Part shown: positions 17,857 to 26,618 of the stretch, piece by piece | Numbering within the stretch: position 1 is the stretch's first letter | Layout of the letters: every line of letters starts with the position of its first letter | NCBI GenBank assembly: GCA_043808155.1 | Contig: JAZDFD010000014.1 | Coordinates: 1-64,000 of the forward strand | DNA: 64,000 nt | Origin: Candidatus Iainarchaeum sp. | Lineage (GTDB): Archaea > Iainarchaeota > Iainarchaeia > Iainarchaeales > JAZDFD01 | Reading direction: 5' to 3' | The notes under the pieces: model-generated | Database searches by the model: none | What the model saw: only the letters and a program-made list of their open reading frames with translations | What the model was told of the DNA's origin: nothing | Position numbers and translations under genes: made by a program

Positions 17857-20832
17857 TTACTCTGAAAATTTGTTGTTTTGAAGTTCTTCCTTTAACTTCA
17901 ATCCAATAACTGAACTTTTTTGTTCGTTTAATGCAACTCCGATTATCTGGTCTGCTTCTTTTATCAAAGGATCATTGTGAGTTATTGCAATAAACTGACT
18001 GCTTTTACTTATTTCCTTAATCATGTTCCCCAGCTTAACTGAATTTTCTGCATCGAGTGCTGCGTCTGCTTCATCAAAAATATAGAATGGTGCTGGCTCA
18101 TAAAGCTGAATTGCAAAAAGGAATGCTAATGCAGTTAATGTTTTCTCACCGCCTGACATTGAATCAATATTCTGAAGTGTTGTTTTGTGCTTTGCTTCGA
18201 TAAGTAAACCTGATTCAAGAGGCATTTCAGAATTTGTGAGTTTCAATTTTCCCTCTCCGCTGAAAAGTGAGAAAAACATTCTTCCAAAGTTTCCGTTTAT
18301 TTCATTAAAACAATCCAAAAACACATTTGTTCTTTTAACTTCAATTTTTTCAATCATTCCCAAAACACTGAATTTTTCCTCATCGAGTTTTTTTGATTTT
18401 GCTTTAATATCATCAACTTCTTTTTTCAGTTCTTCAAATGATTCAAGTGCTTTCATGTTTATTGCACCTAATCCTATAATTATCTTTTCAATTTCCTTAA
18501 TTCTGCTCTTTAGCCTATCTGCATCAAATGTTTCAAATCTTTTTACCCCTCTGAATTCAGCAAACTCTTCTTCTAAATCCAGAAGCCTTACTTCGTTTCT
18601 GCTGTTATCGATTTTTGATTCATTCATCTGGTGTTCATTTTTTCTGATGTCCTGATCGACTTTTATTATTTTTTCAACTATTGAATCATTTTTTTGTTCA
18701 AGCATATTTTTATCATCAATCAGTTTCTTATTTGCTTTCTGAGCATCCTTTAGTTCGTCATCCATTTTTTCGCTTTTCTCAATAAGCACTTTGTGTTTTT
18801 CATTTTCGTCAGTGATTTCATTTTTCAGTTTTTCATTTTCTTTTCCAAGTTCTTCGATTTCTTTTGAATGTGATTTTAAATCATCACTGATTCTTTCAAT
18901 TGTTTTTGAAATAATGTTGTCTTTTCTCTCATTAAGCATGGCAATTTCATTTTCAAGCATATCTTTTTCTTTTTCCATTCCTGCCCGTTTGTTAATTCTG
19001 CCTGATTTCATTTCTGAAAGTTTATCATTCTTTTCATTAAATTCGTTTTCCAGAACAACAACTTTTGATTTGAGCTTTTCGTATTCTTCTTTTTCTTTTT
19101 CAAGAAGCTGTTCCTCAAGTGAGCTTTTGAGCTTTTCTATTTTTTCATCTTTTGATTTTTTTTCATGTGAAATGGATTTGAGCATTTCGACTTCGGGATC
19201 GAGCTCCCGTATTTTTTCAAGTGCCTCATTTAGTTCCTTTCTTTTTGCTTCAACTTCTGCCTTCTTCTTTTTTGCCTTTTCCAGTGAATTGTCTGAAATC
19301 TTCAGTAGTTTCTCTTTTTTATCAAGAATTTGCTTCTTTACATCTTTCTCAAGATTTCTTTCACAAGTAGGGCATTTTGAAATATCTTTTTTCAGTTCTT
19401 TGATTGCATCTCTGTGCATGTTACTTTCTGCTTCATGCTGTTTGATTTCTGTGAATGTTTTTTCATATGTATTTTCTATTTTCTTAATTTCTTCATTAAT
19501 GGAAGGATGTTTCATCTGAACTACATTCAGAAGCTGTTTTTTATTTTCAAGTTCATTAATTTTTCTTTCAAAAACAGACTTTTCTTTCATAAGCTCTGAA
19601 ATCATTTCTTTCTTTTCTCTGTTTGATTCTTCAATTCTTGGAATTACTGAGCCTTTTTCATAGTAAGTTTGTTTTTTTTCATCGAGTGATTCTTCCAGTT
19701 CCATAACTTCTTTTTCAAGTTTTTTTATTTCATTTGAAATGTCTTCAGTATCAAAAATATCAAGATTTGTTTTTGCATCAATAAGTCTCTCTCTTAACTC
19801 GGAAAGTGTTTTTTGAGTCTCATTCATTTTATTTTTCTGAGCCTCAAGTTCATTGTTTTCCTTTTCTGTCTTTTCTTTTAATTCCGCCTGTCTCAAATCA
19901 TTCCTCTCAAGATAACTTTTCTTTGTTTTAATTCTTTCATCAGTAACACGTATTGCAGATTTTGTTTCTTCAAGCTCTTTTGCTATTTCTGTGTATGCGC
20001 GTTCATTAGATCTCAGTATTTTTTCATTTAATTCATAAATACGGGTTTTGTTTTTGCTTTCCTGTTCTTTTAGGTTTTTCTTTTCATCTTCTTTTCCCTC
20101 AATTGTCTGTTTAAAAGCAGTTAAATGTCTTTCATTAGTTTCCATTTTTTCTCTTATTTTTTCAATTTCTTTATAAATTAAAGTTGCTTTTGACATTTTC
20201 TTTTCGTTTTCAAGATTTTCATATTCTAATGTTGCATTTTTGTCTTTTTCTAAACCTGCCAGATAATTTTCACGTTCGTGCAAAACAATTCCAACTTCTT
20301 TTATTTTTTCATCAACTTTTTCTAATTCTTTAAGTGCTTCTGCTTTTTTTTCATCAAACTCACGCAAACCAGCCATGTCATCAATTATTTCACGTCTTTC
20401 AATCGGTGACATTTCAATAATTCTTGTTATGTCGCCCTGTGCAACAATGTTATGGCCTGTGGCTTTAATGCCGAGCTCCCTTAACAATGATGTAATTTCA
20501 CTAAGTGTAACTTTGTTATCGTCTAATTTGTAAACACTTCTTCCCTGTTTATCAATGATTCTTGCAAGTTCATAGTTTCGTCCATCGCCTTTAATAGTCA
20601 GTTCTACTTTTGCATAATTTTCAGAAGAAGATTTGTTTACTAAATCAATTATCTTTGAAGCACGCAATGCTTTCATTGAAGTGATTCCCAAAACAAACAT
20701 TATAGAATCAAGAATATTGCTTTTTCCAGTTCCGTTTGCACCTACAATAACTGTGAACCCGTCACTTATTGGTATTTTTGCATCTTTGAAAGATTTGAAA
20801 TTTTTCAATCTTAGCTTTTTTAGCTTTATCAT
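17857..20832 (-). CDS. smc: SMC-family ATPase with central CPTC zinc-hook-like motif and no recognisable hinge
   Basis: NFKSF, GANGTGKSN Walker A, VAQGDI Q-loop, GAINMKA, MSGGEK signature, PFYIFDEADAALD Walker B; CPTC at residues 487-490 of 991. Confidence 0.9.
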   Translation of the reverse strand: MIKLKKLRLKNFKSFKDAKIPISDGFTVIVGANGTGKSNILDSIMFVLGITSMKALRASKIIDLVNKSSSENYAKVELTIKGDGRNYELARIIDKQGRSVYKLDDNKVTLSEITSLLRELGIKATGHNIVAQGDITRIIEMSPIERREIIDDMAGLREFDEKKAEALKELEKVDEKIKEVGIVLHERENYLAGLEKDKNATLEYENLENEKKMSKATLIYKEIEKIREKMETNERHLTAFKQTIEGKEDEKKNLKEQESKNKTRIYELNEKILRSNERAYTEIAKELEETKSAIRVTDERIKTKKSYLERNDLRQAELKEKTEKENNELEAQKNKMNETQKTLSELRERLIDAKTNLDIFDTEDISNEIKKLEKEVMELEESLDEKKQTYYEKGSVIPRIEESNREKKEMISELMKEKSVFERKINELENKKQLLNVVQMKHPSINEEIKKIENTYEKTFTEIKQHEAESNMHRDAIKELKKDISKCPTCERNLEKDVKKQILDKKEKLLKISDNSLEKAKKKKAEVEAKRKELNEALEKIRELDPEVEMLKSISHEKKSKDEKIEKLKSSLEEQLLEKEKEEYEKLKSKVVVLENEFNEKNDKLSEMKSGRINKRAGMEKEKDMLENEIAMLNERKDNIISKTIERISDDLKSHSKEIEELGKENEKLKNEITDENEKHKVLIEKSEKMDDELKDAQKANKKLIDDKNMLEQKNDSIVEKIIKVDQDIRKNEHQMNESKIDNSRNEVRLLDLEEEFAEFRGVKRFETFDADRLKSRIKEIEKIIIGLGAINMKALESFEELKKEVDDIKAKSKKLDEEKFSVLGMIEKIEVKRTNVFLDCFNEINGNFGRMFFSLFSGEGKLKLTNSEMPLESGLLIEAKHKTTLQNIDSMSGGEKTLTALAFLFAIQLYEPAPFYIFDEADAALDAENSVKLGNMIKEISKSSQFIAITHNDPLIKEADQIIGVALNEQKSSVIGLKLKEELQNNKFSE

Positions 20833-20893
20833 TATGTCCCCTCGCTATAACTAGCATAAATAAAGAAATCCTTTAAAACTTCTGGCTCCCCCA

Positions 20894-21700
20894 TCATGGT
20901 TCCATATTGTGTTCTTTCTTGAGATAATACATGGGGAATGCAGCATAAGTATATGCTGAAGCAAGACCTGAAAAGATTGCAAATATTAATGCATCAACAT
21001 ACTCATTTACATAAATTAAATTGAACATTGAAAGTCCAATATTATTAATCAAAGCAGTAACAATCATAATAAAGACAAACAAAGTTAAAACACCTAACAA
21101 ATTTTTACCTGTGAACGCCCAGCTTTTTTTAAGCGCTTCTCTTATGGAAATATTTTCCATTGCCATTACTGGAATCACAAATGAAAGCTTAATCCACAAA
21201 TATGCCAGAAGCAACATATAAATCAGCATAATAATTCCAACAAGTGCATATGGACCTAATGAAATAATCATCATAATCCACAGAATAAAGAGCAGAACAC
21301 CCCACGCAAATGTAAAAAACAAAAGTAAACCAATAATTTTCACTATGTTTCCGAGCATATAACCAAATGCCATGCCTTTAGATGCTTTTTTTTCAGCAGT
21401 ATCCCGGATGTATTTTGAGAAGAAAAATGAAAGTAACGTAGATATGATGAAAAGGGAGGCTATCATTGCAAAAACCGCCCCAAACCCAAAAGGATACATC
21501 TCAATAAAATGAATTGGAAATGCCAATGCACCAGTCTCAGGCAAAATCCCAAAAAATAAAATGTCTGCAATCATTTCACCAATTGGCTGGCCAAGAAGCA
21601 TGAGCAGGCCCATACTTAATGCTCCGCCCAAAATCGCCAATATTGGCATTGCAGGTTTCTTGAGCAAAATCTTAAAAGAATTCAATAATGTGTCAATCAT
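20894..21700 (-). CDS. multi-pass membrane protein
   Basis: About 6 hydrophobic segments; ENISIREALKKSW motif typical of glycerophosphodiesterase membrane-domain-like proteins. Confidence 0.7.
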   Translation of the reverse strand: MIDTLLNSFKILLKKPAMPILAILGGALSMGLLMLLGQPIGEMIADILFFGILPETGALAFPIHFIEMYPFGFGAVFAMIASLFIISTLLSFFFSKYIRDTAEKKASKGMAFGYMLGNIVKIIGLLLFFTFAWGVLLFILWIMMIISLGPYALVGIIMLIYMLLLAYLWIKLSFVIPVMAMENISIREALKKSWAFTGKNLLGVLTLFVFIMIVTALINNIGLSMFNLIYVNEYVDALIFAIFSGLASAYTYAAFPMYYLKKEHNMEP

Positions 21701-21869
21701 CTTCTCACCAAAACTCGCATATATATAGAATATAGTTATTTTTAAGGCTTGCCTTAAATAAGTTTAAGCTAGTTCTTTTTAGTACCCTGCCCTTGGGCCA
21801 CCAGAGTTTCAAACAATCTTTTTAAAGCTTTCCATACCCAATTCTCCAGTAACTAATTGTGGTGAAAAT

Positions 21870-22154
21870 ATGGATATTCCAAAAACATCAATGGATTACT
21901 GTAAAAAGTGCAATAAACATATAGAGCATAAGCGAAAGCTCTTCAAGCCAGGCAAGGCAAGAGCTGACAGTGAAGGTACTCGTAAGAACGTGCGAAAAAA
22001 GAAAGGTTATGGCGGGAAATATCAGTTCACTGCAGTAGTGAAAAAGCAGAACAAAAAACCCGTCTTTATTATGGAATGTACTGCCTGCAAATCAAAGCAC
22101 TACAATGTAATTCCTAAAAGAATGAAGAAAATTGAAATTAAAGCTGCTGCCTAA
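21870..22154 (+). CDS. rpl44e: 50S ribosomal protein L44e
   Basis: YCKKCNKH, GYGG and ECTAC zinc ribbon. Confidence 0.9.
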   Translation: MDIPKTSMDYCKKCNKHIEHKRKLFKPGKARADSEGTRKNVRKKKGYGGKYQFTAVVKKQNKKPVFIMECTACKSKHYNVIPKRMKKIEIKAAA

Positions 22155-22206
22155 TTGGCATTAGCTTAATCACTTACCTTTAAATATTAGTTTCTCTAAG
22201 TGTATT

Positions 22207-22746
22207 ATGACGAAATTAATTTTTGCATTAATTCTAATTCTATTTTTTTCAGGATGTGTTATTTTTGAAAATACTCCCGTGGATACTCCTCCTGATAAGA
22301 TTTCATTAGAACTAGGTTGTGCAAATGAAGGAGAACAAATGAGAGAATATGATAAATATTTGCCCAATTTTTGTTGTGAAGGATTAGATCCGATGTTAGG
22401 CGGTTATAATCCTAATGATTGTAATCAGTTTTTCATTGGAGATATTTCCACTTGTAGTGACTGCGGAAACGGAATTTGTGAATCTGAAAATCAAGAGAAT
22501 AATTGCACATGCCCCGAAGATTGTACAGGGGAGGAAAAACCTTGTATTCAGGATTTTCAGCCCATCAACGTAGACGAAGGTGAAGTATGTTGCCACGGGC
22601 TTGTGCCGAGAAAGGCAGGTTATTTCGACGAAAACTGTGGCTGGGAAGAGACTGCAACATCTAAAGTCCGCTGCCTTGCCTGCGGAAACAACTACTGTGA
22701 TAATTACACCGAAAACAAATGCAACTGTCCTGAGGACTGCGGATAG
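22207..22746 (+). CDS. cysteine-rich lipoprotein
   Basis: Lipobox FFSGC; two CC.GL...CGN..C...EN.C.CPEDC repeats. Confidence 0.75.
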   Translation: MTKLIFALILILFFSGCVIFENTPVDTPPDKISLELGCANEGEQMREYDKYLPNFCCEGLDPMLGGYNPNDCNQFFIGDISTCSDCGNGICESENQENNCTCPEDCTGEEKPCIQDFQPINVDEGEVCCHGLVPRKAGYFDENCGWEETATSKVRCLACGNNYCDNYTENKCNCPEDCG

Positions 22747-22776
22747 CTTTAAAATCCCTTTTTTCTCAATATTAAC

Positions 22777-23613
22777 ATGACAACAAAAAATTCCATTTTG
22801 TTAATTATCAAACAAAATCAGGGAATTGAGTATAATTCACTTCTGAACAAACTTTCTTCTTCCTACAATTCCGTAAACTCTGCAAGAGCTGCACTTTCCC
22901 GTGCTTTGAAAGACCTCAATGCTTTGGGAATGATTCAGAGAAAAGGCAACAACATATACATGACCAATAAAGGCACGGCATTTCTCAATACTGAAATGAA
23001 AAATAAACTTCTTATAAAACTCAGCAATACAGTCAAAACAAGAAATCCAATTTCAGAAATTGATACACTTGTTCAGCAACTTCACACTCTGATTGAGCGT
23101 TCAAAAGAAGATTCTGATTTATTAAAAGCTGCAAAGGGCAGTGCAGATTTCTATATTTCAGATTTAACAACAATAAATATGAACTTAGAAAAAAGAACAA
23201 AGCATCTTCATTATCTCCAAAAAGTACTTGGTCAGCAAATAGAACTTCTTGAAAAAATGAATTTCAATGATTCAAAGACCTTCAAATGGAATAAAAAAAC
23301 TTATAATGCATTAAAAGCACTTCCTAAAATAACAGACGCAGATTCATTTATAATGGAATGTTTTAATGACACTTTTTTTCTTCATGCACGCACATTGGAA
23401 GGTGCAAAAACTCAGACTAATAATATTTTCTTTGATTCAAAAAGTCTCCCCCATGTTCTTGACCTCATTTCAAAAAATACTTCTTTTGAATCAAATCGCG
23501 TGAATTTATATTTTCCTTTGTTGAAGGTTTCAATTAGTTATCCTGATATTTCTTTCATTGGTCCGCATGCTAAAATAAAAGAAATAACAAAAAATTTAAG
23601 TGATCAAAAATGA
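22777..23613 (+). CDS. hypothetical protein with N-terminal winged helix
   Basis: ARAALSRALKDLNALGMIQRKGNNIYMTNKG wHTH-like segment; ATGA overlap with mtnA. Confidence 0.6.
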   Translation: MTTKNSILLIIKQNQGIEYNSLLNKLSSSYNSVNSARAALSRALKDLNALGMIQRKGNNIYMTNKGTAFLNTEMKNKLLIKLSNTVKTRNPISEIDTLVQQLHTLIERSKEDSDLLKAAKGSADFYISDLTTINMNLEKRTKHLHYLQKVLGQQIELLEKMNFNDSKTFKWNKKTYNALKALPKITDADSFIMECFNDTFFLHARTLEGAKTQTNNIFFDSKSLPHVLDLISKNTSFESNRVNLYFPLLKVSISYPDISFIGPHAKIKEITKNLSDQK

Positions 23614-24677
23614 TGGTTCAGGGAAAACATTACAGAACTGTCTGGATTGAAAATGAAACAGTGAAAATGATTAACCAGAAAATACTCCCGTATAAATTTG
23701 AAATTTCCTCTTTGAAAAATCACAAAGAAACTGCTTCTGCAATAAAAGACATGACTGTCAGAGGCGCGCCTGCAATTGGTGCAGCTGCTGCTTACGCAAT
23801 GCTTCAGGCATGTTATGAAGCGCCTGAAAATGATTTCATGAAGTACATCATAAAAGCATCTGAAACAATAAAAGCCACGCGCCCTACTGCGTATGATTTA
23901 TTTTTCGCAGTTGATAAAATTTTAAGTACAATTTCAGACTCTTCCTCAAAAAAGGGAGCAGTTTCCTCTGCACTTAAAATTGCAAATGAAATTTCAGATT
24001 CATCAGTTGAGCAATGTAAAAAGATAGGTGAATTTGGAAATACACTTCTGACTGAAAATCCCCGTATTTCCACACACTGTAATGCTGGCTGGCTTGCCTG
24101 CGTTGATTGGGGTACGGCGCTTTCTCCAATATATGCTGCAAAGCGTTCAGGAAAAAAGCCATTTGTTTTTGTTGATGAAACAAGACCTCGTTTGCAGGGT
24201 GCAAAACTAACTGCATGGGAACTTTTGAATGAAGGAATTTCTCACGCAGTAATTGTTGATAACGCAATAGGTCACTTTATGCAGCGCGGAGAAATTGATA
24301 TTGTAATTGTTGGTACTGACCGCGTGGCTTCCAATGGTGATTTCGCAAACAAAATTGGAACATATTCTTCAGCAGTTTGTGCAAAAGAAAACGGCATTCC
24401 CTTTTATGTTGCTGCTCCCTTAAGTACATTTGATTTAAATTGCGAATCAGGAAAAGAAATTCCAATTGAAGAAAGAAACGAAAATGAAATTAAATATGTT
24501 TCAGGATTAAACAAAAATAATGAAATTGAAGAAGTTTTAATTTGCCCTGAAAAAAGCTCTGTACGCAATCCCTCTTTTGATGTAACTCCAAACAAATTTG
24601 TAACAGGTTTCATAACTCCAAAGGGGATTATAAAACCAAACACACGAGAAATAAAATCACTTTTTAAGCAGCTATAG
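23610..24677 (+). CDS. mtnA: methylthioribose-1-phosphate isomerase
   Basis: MTVRGAPAIG, RPTA, THCNAGWLA, ETRPRLQGAKLT and ANKIGT. Confidence 0.92.
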   Translation: MMVQGKHYRTVWIENETVKMINQKILPYKFEISSLKNHKETASAIKDMTVRGAPAIGAAAAYAMLQACYEAPENDFMKYIIKASETIKATRPTAYDLFFAVDKILSTISDSSSKKGAVSSALKIANEISDSSVEQCKKIGEFGNTLLTENPRISTHCNAGWLACVDWGTALSPIYAAKRSGKKPFVFVDETRPRLQGAKLTAWELLNEGISHAVIVDNAIGHFMQRGEIDIVIVGTDRVASNGDFANKIGTYSSAVCAKENGIPFYVAAPLSTFDLNCESGKEIPIEERNENEIKYVSGLNKNNEIEEVLICPEKSSVRNPSFDVTPNKFVTGFITPKGIIKPNTREIKSLFKQL

Positions 24678-24739
24678 TCTAGTGGTTAGGATTCGACCTT
24701 CCCAAGGTTGCGACTCGGGTTCGAATCCCGGTAGCTGCA
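24668..24739 (+). tRNA. tRNA-Gly(CCC)
   Basis: GCAGCTA/TAGCTGC acceptor stem, cgacc-tt-CCC-aa-ggttg anticodon arm, GGTTCGAATCCC T arm; no encoded CCA. Confidence 0.93.
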
Positions 24740-24953
24740 ATTCCAATAAATTCATCACTGGCATATTTATTATGTATAAATGACCTGTCTTTTCAATCAT
24801 TTTATCCAAAAACCAACATTCATACTTTTTCACACAATGCAAAGCAATAAAAATCACTCAGCAAAAAACTTATGAAATTTTCCGAAAAAGTCTAAATTTC
24901 TTTCTGAAAAAGATCAGCAAGTTAAACTGTTTTAACATTTTTTTATTGGCTCA

Positions 24954-25470
24954 TTGGGGGGGGGTTGTATAAGGTGGATAGGCAAACATATTTCTAACTT
25001 AATTAAATATGGCTCAGTAATATTTTTATTTGTTTCACTTTTTGCTTTTGCATCAGCAGATCCATTTTTAACATGGCCTGTGGGCGGCATTACTGTTAAT
25101 TCAGGCATTGTTCAATTTACATGGGTGATATTAAAGCATAAATTCGATCCAGATACAAACGTTTTTGAAATTGTAATTGATGATAAGAATACATTTGCTA
25201 CCCCCATAGTAAGCAGGTTGGTTACAACATCAAGGGCAGATGTTTGACTGGAGTGATGTTGAAAATGCTGATTCCTACTTTGCAAAGGTAAAAATGCCTT
25301 CAGGCAATGTTATTGAGTTTCCTGTGCCGTCAGGCAAAAGCCAGTATGTAATTCCTGCAAATGTCTGGGCTTCTCTTCCTTTGGGAAATTATACATGGCA
25401 GGTGAAATCGAAGAGAGGAACTGCGGAAAGCAAATATTCCGGGGCTTGGAGTTTTACGAAGGTTGGATAA
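24954..25470 (+). pseudogene. fragmented secreted Ig/FN3-like repeat protein (two overlapping ORF pieces)
   Basis: Signal-like FLFVSLFAFASA then LTWP..VQFTW..FEIVIDD; second frame FDWSDVENADSY..YTWQVKS..YSGAWSF resembles the C-terminal domain of 47212-48945. Confidence 0.5.
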
Positions 25471-25504
25471 GCTTCTGACCTGGGTTCGAATCCCGGCAGG
25501 CGCA
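25469..25504 (+). repeat. tRNA 3'-half copy (att-like) 1
   Basis: aagcttctgacctgggttcgaatcccggcaggcgca: T arm plus an acceptor 3' strand different from the resident tRNA-Gly. Confidence 0.8.
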
Positions 25505-25530
25505 TATTTAAATTACTAATAGAAAGCCTT

Positions 25531-25550
25531 ATATATAATGCATTATATAT
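25531..25550. promoter_or_regulatory. perfect 20-bp palindrome over the TATA box of the TA operon (probable operator)
   Basis: atatataatgcattatatat, preceded by BRE-like gaaagc. Confidence 0.6.
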
Positions 25551-25569
25551 TGATTATAGGTGATATATA

Positions 25570-25797
25570 ATGACCGAAGTAACAACTATCCAATTAGATA
25601 AATCAATAGTAAACTCATTAAAGAAAGTTAAAGAACATCCAAGACAAACATACAATGAATTAATTGCCCATATGATTAATGTTTTTAAAAATGTAAAAAT
25701 GAATAATCAGTATGATGAGTTCCTTCATAAAGTACAGCAGGATAAAATGAAGGAATTGTGGGACAACAAAGATGATGAGGTTTGGGAAAATGCTTAA
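25570..25797 (+). CDS. antitoxin (RHH-like N-terminus)
   Basis: TTIQL..LK..K..QTYNELI N-terminus; acidic LWDNKDDEVW tail; overlaps toxin start. Confidence 0.75.
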   Translation: MTEVTTIQLDKSIVNSLKKVKEHPRQTYNELIAHMINVFKNVKMNNQYDEFLHKVQQDKMKELWDNKDDEVWENA

Positions 25798-26104
25798 GTC
25801 AGGTGATGTGATATTGGCGAGAGTGCAATTTACTGACACTTTTGAAGTAAAAACAAGACCTGTAGTTGTATTGTTTGAAGAATTTGGCAATGTAATAGTT
25901 GCAGGCATAACAAGTAATTTGAAAATGAAAGGAATCCCGCTTACCAGGGAGGAAGGTGCTGTAAAAAACAGCGTAATAAAAATGAATTACATATTCACAA
26001 TTTCCAAAGAAATGGTTTCAAAAGTTCTTTTTCACTTAACTGCTAAAAAGAAGCGCATATTGTATAAAGAATTTACAACCCGCTTAAATGCATTAAATCC
26101 ATAA
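25790..26104 (+). CDS. PemK/MazF family toxin
   Basis: GDVILARVQFTD..KTRPVVVL, ITS and G..KNSVI pattern. Confidence 0.85.
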   Translation: MLKSGDVILARVQFTDTFEVKTRPVVVLFEEFGNVIVAGITSNLKMKGIPLTREEGAVKNSVIKMNYIFTISKEMVSKVLFHLTAKKKRILYKEFTTRLNALNP

Positions 26105-26146
26105 CTTCCCAAGCTTCTGACCCGGGTTCGAATCCCGGTAGCTGCA
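26105..26146 (+). repeat. tRNA-Gly 3'-half copy (att-like) 2
   Basis: cttcccaagcttctgacccgggttcgaatcccggtagctgca versus tRNA cttcccaaggttgcgactcgggttcgaatcccggtagctgca; begins at the anticodon loop. Confidence 0.88.
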
Positions 26147-26147
26147 T

Positions 26148-26252
26148 TAGCCGTCACGTCCGGCTAGTACGAGTGGCACTGAAGTGCCACATGCTCACTG
26201 CGTTTGCATTATTTCCACGTCCGGCTGGTGTTGGTGAGCCTTCGGCAGCACT
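26148..26252. repeat. palindromic dispersed repeat, copy B
   Basis: tagccg-tcacgtc-cggcta, gtggcac-tgaa-gtgccac, second ccacgtccggctggt, and gtgagccttcggcagcact. Confidence 0.75.
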
Positions 26253-26365
26253 ATTTTTGACATCTGGTGGTGATTCGGAGCCCCCATAATTGAACCAAAA
26301 GCCTTTTAATTCTGCTCTGATAGATATTAATTAGATTTAATTAAAATTTATCGAGGGGTTATTTT

Positions 26366-26599
26366 ATGAATGCAGATACTAATGTGACGACTGTTTCAAT
26401 TCCAAAACCACTTGCAAACAGGATAAAAAAACAGATTGAGGGTACTGGCTTTCATTCAGTTTCCAGCTATGTTACTTTTGTTTTAAGACAATTATTGATG
26501 GTTTCTGAAGGAAATGAGATTTCCAAACATGATGCTTTTGATAAAAAGCTGGAATCTCAAGTAAGAGAGAATCTTAAAAAACTTGGGTATTTGGATTGA
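26366..26599 (+). CDS. CopG/ribbon-helix-helix protein with C-terminal LKKLGYL tail
   Basis: TTVSIPKPLANRIKKQIEGTGFHSVSSYVTFVLR RHH pattern; ends VRENLKKLGYLD. Confidence 0.85.
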   Translation: MNADTNVTTVSIPKPLANRIKKQIEGTGFHSVSSYVTFVLRQLLMVSEGNEISKHDAFDKKLESQVRENLKKLGYLD

Positions 26600-26618
26600 A
26601 AAAGGAGTTGCGATTGGA

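Noticed and set aside
18185-19599. Long Ser/Phe-rich ORFs opposite smc (likewise 14266-14877 and 51480-52220)
   Set aside because: Antisense shadows of Lys/Glu-rich coding sequence
21741-21758. Inverted repeat tttaaggc-tt-gccttaaa between divergent genes
   Set aside because: A single short AT-rich palindrome with no second copy or linked regulator
25469-26146. Trans-spliced split tRNA halves as in Nanoarchaeum
   Set aside because: No GC-rich complementary leader, no promoter in front of the halves and no 5' half in the window; an att-like origin is simpler
24740-26365. Provirus or integrase-bearing element at tRNA-Gly
   Set aside because: No integrase, replication or capsid gene; segments are under 1 kb
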